Positions 9,434 to 19,776 of a stretch of DNA of 64,000 nucleotides are shown here, piece by piece. Origin of the DNA: Candidatus Limnocylindria bacterium (lineage in GTDB: Bacteria; Chloroflexota; Limnocylindria; QHBO01); assembly GCA_050692055.1 (NCBI GenBank), contig JBOGTC010000039.1, forward strand, positions 8,060-72,059, in the 5' to 3' direction. Both the position numbers and the translations under genes were made by a program. Position 1 is the first letter of the stretch. Each line of letters begins with the position of its first letter. The notes under the pieces are model-generated. The model saw nothing but the letters and a program-made list of their open reading frames with translations. It did no database searches and was not told where the DNA came from.

Positions 9434-10486
9434 TCACCGATCTGGCGCCGTCGAAACCGAGGTGGTCATGATGACCAGGCGGTCATCCGTGGTGAGCAGA
9501 ACCGTTTCCTCGGCCTTGGCGCCGGAGATCGATGGGTTCCAGGCGAAGGCCATGCCAGGCCGGATCGGCGTGGGATCTCCCGGCACGGCGATTCGCTCGC
9601 GCGGCTGGTAGCCGATGACGCCGCCCTGGTGATGGAGGTGCCACTCGTCCGGGAAGCCGCTTGCCTCGTAGGCAAGCCGGGCCGCGGCCATCACGTCGCC
9701 GAGCGTGCTAGTCGCCCGAGTGGCGCGGTGCATCGACTCCTGGATGGTCTCGACCGCGTCCATTCGGCGGGCCAGCTCGGCGCTGGGCGGTTCGAAGGCG
9801 CGCGAGCGGGTGAGCGCGACGTGCAGGCCCCAGCGCTCGGCGACGAGGACGATCATGAGGCGCTGGCGCACCGGCGTCGCCGTGGGCAGGGGATGACGGT
9901 AGCGCGTGATGCGCTCATCCGCAGCGGCGAGCAGTACCGGTGCCCGCAGTCCCATCGCGGCCAGCGCGCCGAGCAGGCGGCCGGCCGCTTGATCCTCGGT
10001 ATCCATCGGTTGGAGGGTGTCCAGCGTCTGCGCCATGGCCTGGCAGGCGCCCACGGCGATGGCCATGAGCCGATGGTGGTCGAAGGGGCTGAGCTGTGAC
10101 CGCAGCCGGGCCAGCTCCGGCTCGAGCGCCATCTCGTCGAGGAGCGACCCGGGCGTGCGCCTTCGCGCCTCATCCTCGAGCGCATCGGGCTCGTGCCACG
10201 GTACCGGCGCCACCTCGATCGGCAGGCCGGCCAGCTCTTCCGCCTCGATTCGAGCCGCCTCGTTGACCGGTGCCAGAACGACGGTCTCATCCCGAGTGAC
10301 CAAGATTGACGCTGCTCCATCCTCGCTGGCCACGACGACGTGGTTCGCGCCGCCGCCGGTCAGCCACGCGAAGTTGCGCCGCAGGCCGAGGACGACGCCA
10401 GCGCCGTCGGCCTCATCGAGCAGCGCTCGGACAGCCTGGAGCCGCCGGTGAACCTCCGAGAGCCTGGCCGGGGAAGACTCCTCCAT
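9434..10486 (-). CDS. M24 (aminopeptidase P/creatinase-fold) family protein
   Basis: Creatinase-like N-terminus; C-terminal YRHP, ALTRS, HHQGGVIGY..RE, AFAWNPS..KAEET. Confidence 0.8.
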   Translation of the reverse strand: MEESSPARLSEVHRRLQAVRALLDEADGAGVVLGLRRNFAWLTGGGANHVVVASEDGAASILVTRDETVVLAPVNEAARIEAEELAGLPIEVAPVPWHEPDALEDEARRRTPGSLLDEMALEPELARLRSQLSPFDHHRLMAIAVGACQAMAQTLDTLQPMDTEDQAAGRLLGALAAMGLRAPVLLAAADERITRYRHPLPTATPVRQRLMIVLVAERWGLHVALTRSRAFEPPSAELARRMDAVETIQESMHRATRATSTLGDVMAAARLAYEASGFPDEWHLHHQGGVIGYQPRERIAVPGDPTPIRPGMAFAWNPSISGAKAEETVLLTTDDRLVIMTTSVSTAPDR

Positions 10487-10492
10487 GTCGAG

Positions 10493-12722
<2,230 letters not shown>

Positions 12723-12726
<4 letters not shown>

Positions 12727-13597
12727 GGGTCGTAGGCGCAGCGGAATCCGAGATTGCCGGTCGAGCTGTCAGGATCGTCATGGCTGCGGGCTGCGACGCG
12801 GTATCGGTTGCAGTAGGAGGCGTGGCAGAGGTAGGAGCCACCGCGCATCGCCTTGGCCGTGCCGGATTGCGGGCCTGCGGGATCGACCAGTGGCCGCGCC
12901 CTGGGATGGTCGACAGACCACCAGTCCGAGCACCACTCCCAGACGTTGCCGACCATGTTGTGCAGACCGTAGCCGTTGGGCTCGTAGGCCGTGACGGGCG
13001 CCGTCCCGAGAAAGCCGTCCTCCCCGCTGTTCGACCGAGGAAAGTCCCCCCCTGCCACACGTTGCATCGATGGACGCCATCGGGCATGAGGTCAGCGCCC
13101 CATGGATAGCGCGCTCGCTCGATGCCGCCGCGCGCGGCGTACTCCCATTCCGCCTCGGTCGGGAGGCGCGCACCGGACCAGCGGCAATAGGCGGTTGCAT
13201 CGCTCCACGAGACGTGGACCACCGGGTGATCCCGGCGCCGCTCCACATCGGACCCCGGTCCCTCGGGGTGCCGCCAGTCGGCGCCCTCGATCCCGCACCA
13301 CCACGGCGTGCCCGGCGGGTGGGGCGCGACCTGGCGCCGCTCGTCATCGAGGAAGCCGGCGAAGACGTAGGACCACCCGTGGCGCTCGGCATCGGTTGCA
13401 TACCCGGTGGCGTCGATGAACTCGGCGAACCGCGCATTCGTCACGGCCACCACCTCGAGCCGATACGGACTGAGCTCGACCTCTCGGACGGGGCCCTCGC
13501 CGTCGGCGATGATGCCGTCAGCATCATCGCCGCCCATCAGGAACCGCCCCTCCAGCCGCACGGCCGCCGGCCTGAGCGCCCGGCTCATTCCTTCCAC
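12723..13597 (-). pseudogene. Formylglycine-generating enzyme (FGE/SUMF1) family, split by a frameshift at a C7 tract (13046-13052)
   Basis: N-half [36 protein letters not shown]; C-half in another frame [43 protein letters not shown]. Confidence 0.85.
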
Positions 13598-13890
13598 CTG
13601 GCCGCGCTGCGTTGGGCATCGATCGCCTCGGCCGGGATTGCGCGGCTCGGTCGCGTCACGATCTCGCGCACGGGGTCGACCTTAGCAGGCTCTCGCGTCG
13701 GGTTCGCCTTTTCGTTGTGGATGATCGCGCGGCTCGACCGCGGAGGCCGTCGACCGGGCTGAATCGGCGGCTGTTCCCGTGAGCGGTGGTCGTCGGGCGT
13801 CCCGCGCCACGTAGCGTGACGTAATGGCGCAGGGAGCGGCGACATCGGCAAGCTGCGTCACGCTGCCTGGCACGGCGCTGTGGGATCTCA

Positions 13891-15501
13891 TTGGTGTCCG
13901 CGGCGGACGACGGGGAAGGTACCATCGCGCCAGTCGCATCAGCCATCGGAGGAGCAGCGATCGTGACGCGTGACCAGGGATCGCGGCGACGCGAGGGCGA
14001 GGCTGCGCACGAGGCCGAGCACGAGCTGATGGAGAGCGGCGAGCCGGTCATCCTCCATGACGTCCCCGAGTCGAAGGAGCTGCTGGACACGCCTCCGCAG
14101 GGGCTCGGGCGCAGGGAGCAGCCGCCCAAGCGGGTCGTCATCATCGGCGCCGGGCTGGCAGGGCTGGTGGCCGGCTTCGAGCTGAAGCGCCAGGGCCACG
14201 AGCCGATCATCCTGGAGGCCCAGAACCGCGTCGGCGGTCGGGTCCATACGCTGCGCAGCTTCGGGCCCGGCCTGTATGCCGAGGCGGGAGCCATGCGCAT
14301 CCCGCGCGCCCACGATCTGACGCTCGCCTACTGCGAGCTGTTCGGGCTGGAGCTGCGTCCGTTCATGATGGGCAACCCAAAGGGCCTGGTCCACGTCGGT
14401 GGCGTGCGGATGACCGCCGAGGAGGCGGCGCGCGACCCGGGCAGCCTGCCGTTCGAGCTCGCCGAGCACGAGCGGGGCCGTTCCCCGCAGGCGTTGTGGG
14501 AGGACGCCATCGCCGACCTGCGCGCCGCGGTGGAGTCAGGCGGCGACGCCGGCTGGCAGCAGATCGTGCGCGAGTACGACCGCTACTCGCTCTACGACTT
14601 CCTGCGGCTGCGCGGCTTCAGCGAGGGCGCTATCGAGTACTACGCCGTGATGAACTTCCTCGAAGCCGATATGCACAACGCGGTGGTCGAGATCCTGCGC
14701 GAGGAGCTTGGCAAGGCGTTCGTCGACATGCAGGAGATCGTGGGCGGCATGGATCGCCTGCCGGATGCCTTCTACCACCGGCTGGAGCGCGAGGTGCGCC
14801 TCGGGGCGGAGGTGCACGCCATCGACCAGGATCCCGCATCGGTCACCGTGCACTACAAGACCGAGGCCGGGCGCTTCACCCTGAGCGCCGATTACGCCAT
14901 CTGCACGGTGCCGTTCAGCGTCCTGCGCTCGATCGAGATGCTGACCCCGCTCTCACGCGACAAGCAGCGGGCGATCCGGCAGCTGAACTACCACGCCTCG
15001 ACGAAGATCCTCTTCCAGGTGCGCCGGCGGTTCTGGGAGGACGAGGGCATCACCGGCGGAGCCACCGTGACCGATCTGCCGGTGCGCCGCCTCAACTATC
15101 CCACGCCGGATCCGACGACCGAGCGCGGGGTCCTGCTGGCCAGCTACACCTGGGGCCAGGACGCGCTGCAGTGGGGTGCCATGGATCCCGAAACGCGGCT
15201 CGAGGAGGCGCTCGATGATGTCGCCCGCATTCACCCGCAGGTGCGCGACGAGTTCGAGGTCGGTGCCTCATACGCCTGGTATGGAGACCGATGGGCGCGC
15301 GGCGCCTTCGCCATGTTCGCTCCCGAGCAGCAGACGAACCTCCAGGACGATATCGTTCGGCCCGAGGGCCGCATCCACTTCGCCGGCGAGCACTGCTCGC
15401 TCTACCACGCCTGGATCCAGGGCGCGCTGGAATCCGGCATCCGCAGCGCTCGCCAGATCCACGAGGCGCCGATGGAGGCGGCATCGAGCGTCGTCGACTG
15501 A
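13891..15501 (+). CDS. Flavin monoamine oxidase / L-amino-acid oxidase family
   Basis: VVIIGAGLAGL, EAQNRVGGR, EAGAMRIP, IHFAGEH..WIQGALESG; true start may be downstream (about 13964-14028). Confidence 0.92.
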   Translation: MVSAADDGEGTIAPVASAIGGAAIVTRDQGSRRREGEAAHEAEHELMESGEPVILHDVPESKELLDTPPQGLGRREQPPKRVVIIGAGLAGLVAGFELKRQGHEPIILEAQNRVGGRVHTLRSFGPGLYAEAGAMRIPRAHDLTLAYCELFGLELRPFMMGNPKGLVHVGGVRMTAEEAARDPGSLPFELAEHERGRSPQALWEDAIADLRAAVESGGDAGWQQIVREYDRYSLYDFLRLRGFSEGAIEYYAVMNFLEADMHNAVVEILREELGKAFVDMQEIVGGMDRLPDAFYHRLEREVRLGAEVHAIDQDPASVTVHYKTEAGRFTLSADYAICTVPFSVLRSIEMLTPLSRDKQRAIRQLNYHASTKILFQVRRRFWEDEGITGGATVTDLPVRRLNYPTPDPTTERGVLLASYTWGQDALQWGAMDPETRLEEALDDVARIHPQVRDEFEVGASYAWYGDRWARGAFAMFAPEQQTNLQDDIVRPEGRIHFAGEHCSLYHAWIQGALESGIRSARQIHEAPMEAASSVVD

Positions 15502-15514
15502 TCCGCGGCGGCCC

Positions 15515-16429
15515 TCAGGCATTCGCCACCAGGACCGCGCGTACGCGTGGCAGGTCGGACGCGACGAGCCGCCACGAGATACCGCTGTCTTCGGAGAGGA
15601 AGACGCGGCCGTCGCCGGTGCCGAAGGCGGCCGCGCTGCCATTGGTGGCGAGGCAGCCGGAGTCGATGTTGTCGTCGAACCATTCCGGCAGTCCGGTCGT
15701 GCAGCGCTCGAAGGAGCCCGGCGCGTCCACCGCCCGGCGGTAGAGCGCCACCTGACCGCCGCGCGGCCCGCGCGAGGCGCTGAGCAGGATCGTTTCGTCC
15801 GCCAGGCCCACCGCTCGGCTGTATCGAGCGTGAAGGTTGGCCGCATCGTAGGACCATGAAGCGCCCCGGTCGCGGCTGAGGGCCAGGCCATCCGCGACGG
15901 CCGCGAGGAGCAGGTCATCGCGAGGCGCACGCACCTCGTGGACATCGGCCTCGATAGGGATGGTGGGGCGCCAGGTCGAGCCGCCATCCTCCGAGCGCAG
16001 GATGCCGCCCACGTGCACGTTGGCGTACAGGGTCCCGGCGCGATCGGTCGCCAGCGAACGGACGTCCGGCGGGCCGCCCCACGGCGTGTGCCACGCGGTG
16101 CGTCCTTCCGCAGCCTCGACGCCGGGCACGGGATCCGCGTGTCCGTCCCGCAGCCGGAGCAGATGTGCCTCCGAGGTGCCGATCAGCACGTCATCGGCGA
16201 CGGGCAGCAGGCAGTTCAGCCGCCGATCGGGCACCGATGCCACCTGCTCCCACGCTCCGGCGCCATCGTTGCGCCACACCTCGTGGACATCGACGATCGC
16301 CCACCGGCCGTCACCGACGGTCGCGAGCGCGGCGACGTCGGATCCCTCCAGCTCCACGCGCGGCTCGGCACCAATGATGTGCAGCCCGCCTTCGGTTGCC
16401 GCATGGATCACGGGCGTCATCTTCATCAC
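15515..16429 (-). CDS. BNR/YCF48-like (Asp-box) beta-propeller protein
   Basis: Asp-box repeats SEDGGSTW, SRDRGASW, SEDSGISW; WHTPWGGPPDVRS. Confidence 0.78.
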   Translation of the reverse strand: MMKMTPVIHAATEGGLHIIGAEPRVELEGSDVAALATVGDGRWAIVDVHEVWRNDGAGAWEQVASVPDRRLNCLLPVADDVLIGTSEAHLLRLRDGHADPVPGVEAAEGRTAWHTPWGGPPDVRSLATDRAGTLYANVHVGGILRSEDGGSTWRPTIPIEADVHEVRAPRDDLLLAAVADGLALSRDRGASWSYDAANLHARYSRAVGLADETILLSASRGPRGGQVALYRRAVDAPGSFERCTTGLPEWFDDNIDSGCLATNGSAAAFGTGDGRVFLSEDSGISWRLVASDLPRVRAVLVANA

Positions 16430-16460
16430 CTCACAGGTTCATACGCCGACTCATGAGCTG

Positions 16461-16491
16461 AGTCTGCAACTTGAAGTGCAGTTGAAGTCAA
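16461..16491 (-). promoter_or_regulatory. MerR/SoxR-type promoter with a 19-bp spacer
   Basis: Minus strand TTGACT-TCAACTGCACTTCAAGTTG-CAGACT (-35, 19 bp, -10); overlapping CTTCAACTGCACTTCAAG matches 12/18 of the soxR box CCTCAAGTTAACTTGAGG; divergent from soxR. Confidence 0.8.
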
Positions 16492-16519
16492 GACCGATGT
16501 TGACGCGCTATGCTGACGG

Positions 16520-17002
16520 ATGACGATGCCCGTCCTGCCGGACCAGATCACGATCGGCGAGCTCGCCGCCCGCAGTGGCGTGGCGACGTCGGCGCTGCGC
16601 TTCTATGAGGCGAGCGGCCTGATCGTTGCCGAGCGCAGCGGGGGAAACCAGCGCCGGTACGCCCGCCCCGTACTGCGGCGCGTGGCGTTCATCCGCGCGG
16701 CGCAGCAGGTGGGCCTCTCGCTCGACGAGATCCGCGAGGCGCTGGCGCGGCTGCCGAGCGACCGGACGCCCGACAAGCGCGATTGGGAGCGGCTCGCGCG
16801 CGCCTGGCGCGGGCGGCTGGATCAGCGGATCACCGAGCTGGAGCGGCTGCGTGACAGCCTCACCGGCTGCATCGGCTGCGGCTGCCTATCCCTCCGGCGA
16901 TGCGGGCTCCTCAACCGCGACGACCGGGTGGCTGCGCGCGGCGCCGGCGCTCGATACCTGCTCGGGGACAGTGCCGCCGCCGCACCGCTTGGGCCCGCGT
17001 AG
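16520..17002 (+). CDS. soxR: Redox-sensitive transcriptional activator SoxR
   Basis: MerR HTH (TIGELAARSGVATSALRFYE), GNQRRY, [2Fe-2S] motif CIGCGCLSLRRC. Confidence 0.95.
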   Translation: MTMPVLPDQITIGELAARSGVATSALRFYEASGLIVAERSGGNQRRYARPVLRRVAFIRAAQQVGLSLDEIREALARLPSDRTPDKRDWERLARAWRGRLDQRITELERLRDSLTGCIGCGCLSLRRCGLLNRDDRVAARGAGARYLLGDSAAAAPLGPA

Positions 17003-17448
17003 AACCGGCGGGTTCATCCGGCGTCGACAGCCGCGCGGCGAGGCGAGGCCCCGCAAGGGTGCTGCGGTGCTTCCGGCGCGGGCCACGTCGCTTCAATGCT
17101 CGTGCTGTGCAACGTATCGGGGCTGGCCGCGGCTGAAGGAGCAGGCTGCCTCCATCAATGTGTCGTCACCGCGGCAGTGATGCGAGCTGCTGGCCGGCAT
17201 CGGTCGCTCGCGCTCGGATAAGTTGCAGGAGCGAGGCATAAGCACGAGCTGACCGGGGCCGGTACGTGCGCCGGGGTCCCGGGGCGAGGGCTGACCGCGC
17301 CCGGCCCCAGCCGCCGCCCGCGCGGGCAGAGCGGCCCGATCGCCGAGACCGACGCCGAAGCTGACGCCACGAGCCGCTGGCACGACCGATGCTCATGGAT
17401 GGCACATGACGGAACACACGGCACGAACGGCCAGGAGGAGGCGTCCAG

Positions 17449-17607
17449 ATGCCAGCCGGAGCCAGCAAGAAGCGGGAACGGCAGTACGAGCACATCAAGG
17501 AGAGCTACGAGGACAGGGGCGTCTCGAAGGACGAGGCAGAGGAGCGCGCGGCTCGGACGGTGAACAAGGAGCGTCGCGAGTCGGGCGAGACCAAGAGCAA
17601 GAAGTAA
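17449..17607 (+). CDS. 52-aa basic protein (MPAGASKKRERQYEHIKESYEDRGVSKDEAEERAARTVNKERRESGETKSKK), ChaB/'plasmid stabilization'-like small family
   Basis: Read by hand; strong RBS AGGAGGAG upstream; recognisable KRERQYEHIK..AARTVNK motif. Confidence 0.85.
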   Translation: MPAGASKKRERQYEHIKESYEDRGVSKDEAEERAARTVNKERRESGETKSKK

Positions 17608-17610
17608 CGC

Positions 17611-17899
17611 CCGAGGGCTACGCGCCGCCGGAGCAGGCAGTTCGCTCCGCGGCTACGGGCTGCTGATCGCCGCCTTCAACCTGCTCTTCGGCGGCCTGTT
17701 GGTCGTGGCTGCGGCCCGCGGGCGGCTGCCGCGCCGCGTGGAGCCGTGGGATGTGCTGCTACTCGGCGTGGCGACGCACAAGCTGAGCCGGCTCGTCACC
17801 AAGGGCTTCGTGGCTGCCACCTTCAGCGTCGTCGCCCTGAGCGACTTCCTGCACCTGGCCTACGAGCAGGCAAAGCGCACGAGCGGCCAAGCGCGCTGA
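17611..17899 (+). pseudogene. DUF1360-like membrane protein remnant
   Basis: No start codon; frameshift near 17640-17650; VATHKLSRLVTK joined directly to GFVAATFSVVALSDFLHLAY, so the family's central region appears missing. Confidence 0.6.
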
Positions 17900-18286
17900 G
17901 CGGGGGTCCTGGCGCGAGCCAGCCCACGGGCTAGCAAGACCACAGCAAGCCGCAGTGCGGCTGAACCAGCACGGAGGAGGGCTCCGGTTGTCGAATAGCC
18001 GAATCCACGGCTCGGATCGCACGCGAGCTCCTATCTCATGTGCCCGTTCACCCGTGGGACTGCTGAACAGCCCGCGAGGAGCCGATCAGCCCTGAGACTC
18101 CATGACCCGGCGAACTTGCCGCTGGTGCAAGTTGGGCGGCGACCAGCGGGCCGATGCTGCCGCTGAGGCCGTCGATGACCCCGCCTATTTGCCGCAGGTG
18201 CCAACTGTAGCGGTCATCTGGGTCCACCGGGCGCTGGGAAGCGCGCGTAGCTTGCCTGGTCAGCAGATTGATCAGGTCATCGGATG

Positions 18287-18398
18287 CGGCTGGCAGCTCC
18301 CGGCTGGCAGCTCCCGGCTCGCAGGGCCCGGTTCGCAGCGCCCGGCTCGCAGCTTCCGGCTCGCAGCTCGCGGCTCCCATCTCGCGGCTCACAGTTAG
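18287..18398. repeat. Eight tandem 14-bp (two-heptamer) units, consensus CGGCTCGCAGCTCC
   Basis: Units cggctggcagctcc x2, cggctcgcagggcc, cggttcgcagcgcc, cggctcgcagcttc, cggctcgcagctcg, cggctcccatctcg, cggctcacagttag. Confidence 0.9.
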
Positions 18399-18401
18399 CG
18401 G

Positions 18402-18491
18402 TTACGGCCCGCGACGGGAGCGGCCGTAGCCGAAGTAGCCCAGCAGGGCGAGGACGACGAGCACGATGATGATGATCCAGAGCAGGTCCAT
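18402..18491 (-). CDS. 29-aa membrane microprotein (MDLLWIIIIVLVVLALLGYFGYGRSRRGP), DUF3309-like
   Basis: RBS AAAGGAGG upstream of ATG; TM helix followed by a Gly/Tyr/Arg tail. Confidence 0.8.
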   Translation of the reverse strand: MDLLWIIIIVLVVLALLGYFGYGRSRRGP

Positions 18492-18549
18492 GAGGTCCTC
18501 CTTTCGCGGGCAGCACTAGCAGGATGCGCGCCGGGAGGCCGGCGCGAAC

Positions 18550-19434
18550 CTACAGATCGCCCTCGAACGTGTCGCACGCGCCGGGATCGGCCGTCTCGAG
18601 CCCCGTGGTGAACCATTCCTGGCGCTGCTCCGACGAGCCATGGGTCCACGACTCGGGAGTGACCCGGCCCTGCGTCGCCTCCTGGATGCGATCGTCGCCA
18701 ACGGCGGCCGCGGCCGAGAGCGCCTGGTCGATCTGGTCGCGCGTCAGTGGCTCGATGAGTCCGGTCTCGACGGCGTTTCCGGCCCACACCCCGGCGTAGC
18801 AATCAGCCTGCAGCTCCACGCGCACGGCCTCGCCTTCGGCACCGGCATCGCGACCGGCGGATTGCAGGATGCCCGTGAGGTTCTGAACGTGGTGGCCATA
18901 CTCGTGGGCGATGACGTATGCCTGTGCGAGCGGCCCACCCTCCGCGCCGAACGTGCTGCTCAGCTGGTCGAAGAAGCCCAGATCGACGTAGATGTTCTGA
19001 TCTGTGGGGCAGTAGAAGGGGCCGACCTGGCTCGACGCCGTGCCGCAGCCGGTCGCGACAGCATCGCTGAAGAAGGTGGTCTGTGCCTCTGCGTAGCCTT
19101 CACCGAAGGATGCGGGAAAAGCATTGGTCCAGTAGGCCTGCACGCTGTTGACGTAGCCCACGATGCGGCAGTCGTCGCGCTCGTTGGCATCCGCCCCTGT
19201 CTGGCACTCGGAGAGGGTCTCGCCACTGCCGTCAAGGGTCGTGTCCTCGAGGGAGCCGAGCGGTGCGCCACCGAGGTTCCCGCTGAGCAGCACGATGGCC
19301 ACGAGCAGGATCAGCCCGCCGATGCCGCCGACCCCGCCAAGCGCCATGCCGCGGCCACCGATACGGCCCATGCGCCGGCCGCGCAGGTCCCGCACCTGGC
19401 CGGGATCGAGCCGCGCGCGACGCCGGAAGGTCAC
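18550..19434 (-). CDS. Neutral zinc metallopeptidase (YpfJ/KPN_02809 family)
   Basis: CGTASSQVGPFYCPTD, AHEYGHHVQ, ELQADCYAG, SWTHGSSEQR. Confidence 0.93.
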   Translation of the reverse strand: MTFRRRARLDPGQVRDLRGRRMGRIGGRGMALGGVGGIGGLILLVAIVLLSGNLGGAPLGSLEDTTLDGSGETLSECQTGADANERDDCRIVGYVNSVQAYWTNAFPASFGEGYAEAQTTFFSDAVATGCGTASSQVGPFYCPTDQNIYVDLGFFDQLSSTFGAEGGPLAQAYVIAHEYGHHVQNLTGILQSAGRDAGAEGEAVRVELQADCYAGVWAGNAVETGLIEPLTRDQIDQALSAAAAVGDDRIQEATQGRVTPESWTHGSSEQRQEWFTTGLETADPGACDTFEGDL

Positions 19435-19491
19435 GTCCCTGGATTCAGCAAGTCGCGGACCGCAGCCGAGCGCGCGCTGGCCATGCGTCGC

Positions 19492-19593
19492 TCAACGCTC
19501 CGGATAGCCGCGCTCGCCGATCCGCTGCTTGCGTCGCAGAAACCAGAAGATTCCGAACAGTTGGGCACCCACCGCGCCCAGGATCGCTGCCAT
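19492..19593 (-). CDS. Possible 33-aa membrane microprotein (MAAILGAVGAQLFGIFWFLRRKQRIGERGYPER)
   Basis: Hydrophobic helix followed by a basic tail; co-directional with ypfJ; no clear RBS. Confidence 0.35.
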   Translation of the reverse strand: MAAILGAVGAQLFGIFWFLRRKQRIGERGYPER

Positions 19594-19776
19594 GAGGCGT
19601 ACCAGATGCAAATGCAAGACACGGGCCGCGATCCGGCCTCGGGGGCGCGATCCGTGACAGTGGCATGCTCGTTGCAGGAGGGCGAGCAAGCGAAGGGGGA
19701 GTCGGAGGATAATCGTGGTGTGCCCATCGGGTCCCGAGTGGCCGACGGTTGAGATGGCCGTTGACGGCGCCCTGAC

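Noticed and set aside
17093-17498. Several overlapping minus-strand ORFs between soxR and the 52-aa gene
   Set aside because: Arg/Ala/Pro-rich, no motifs or RBS; probably non-coding or decayed
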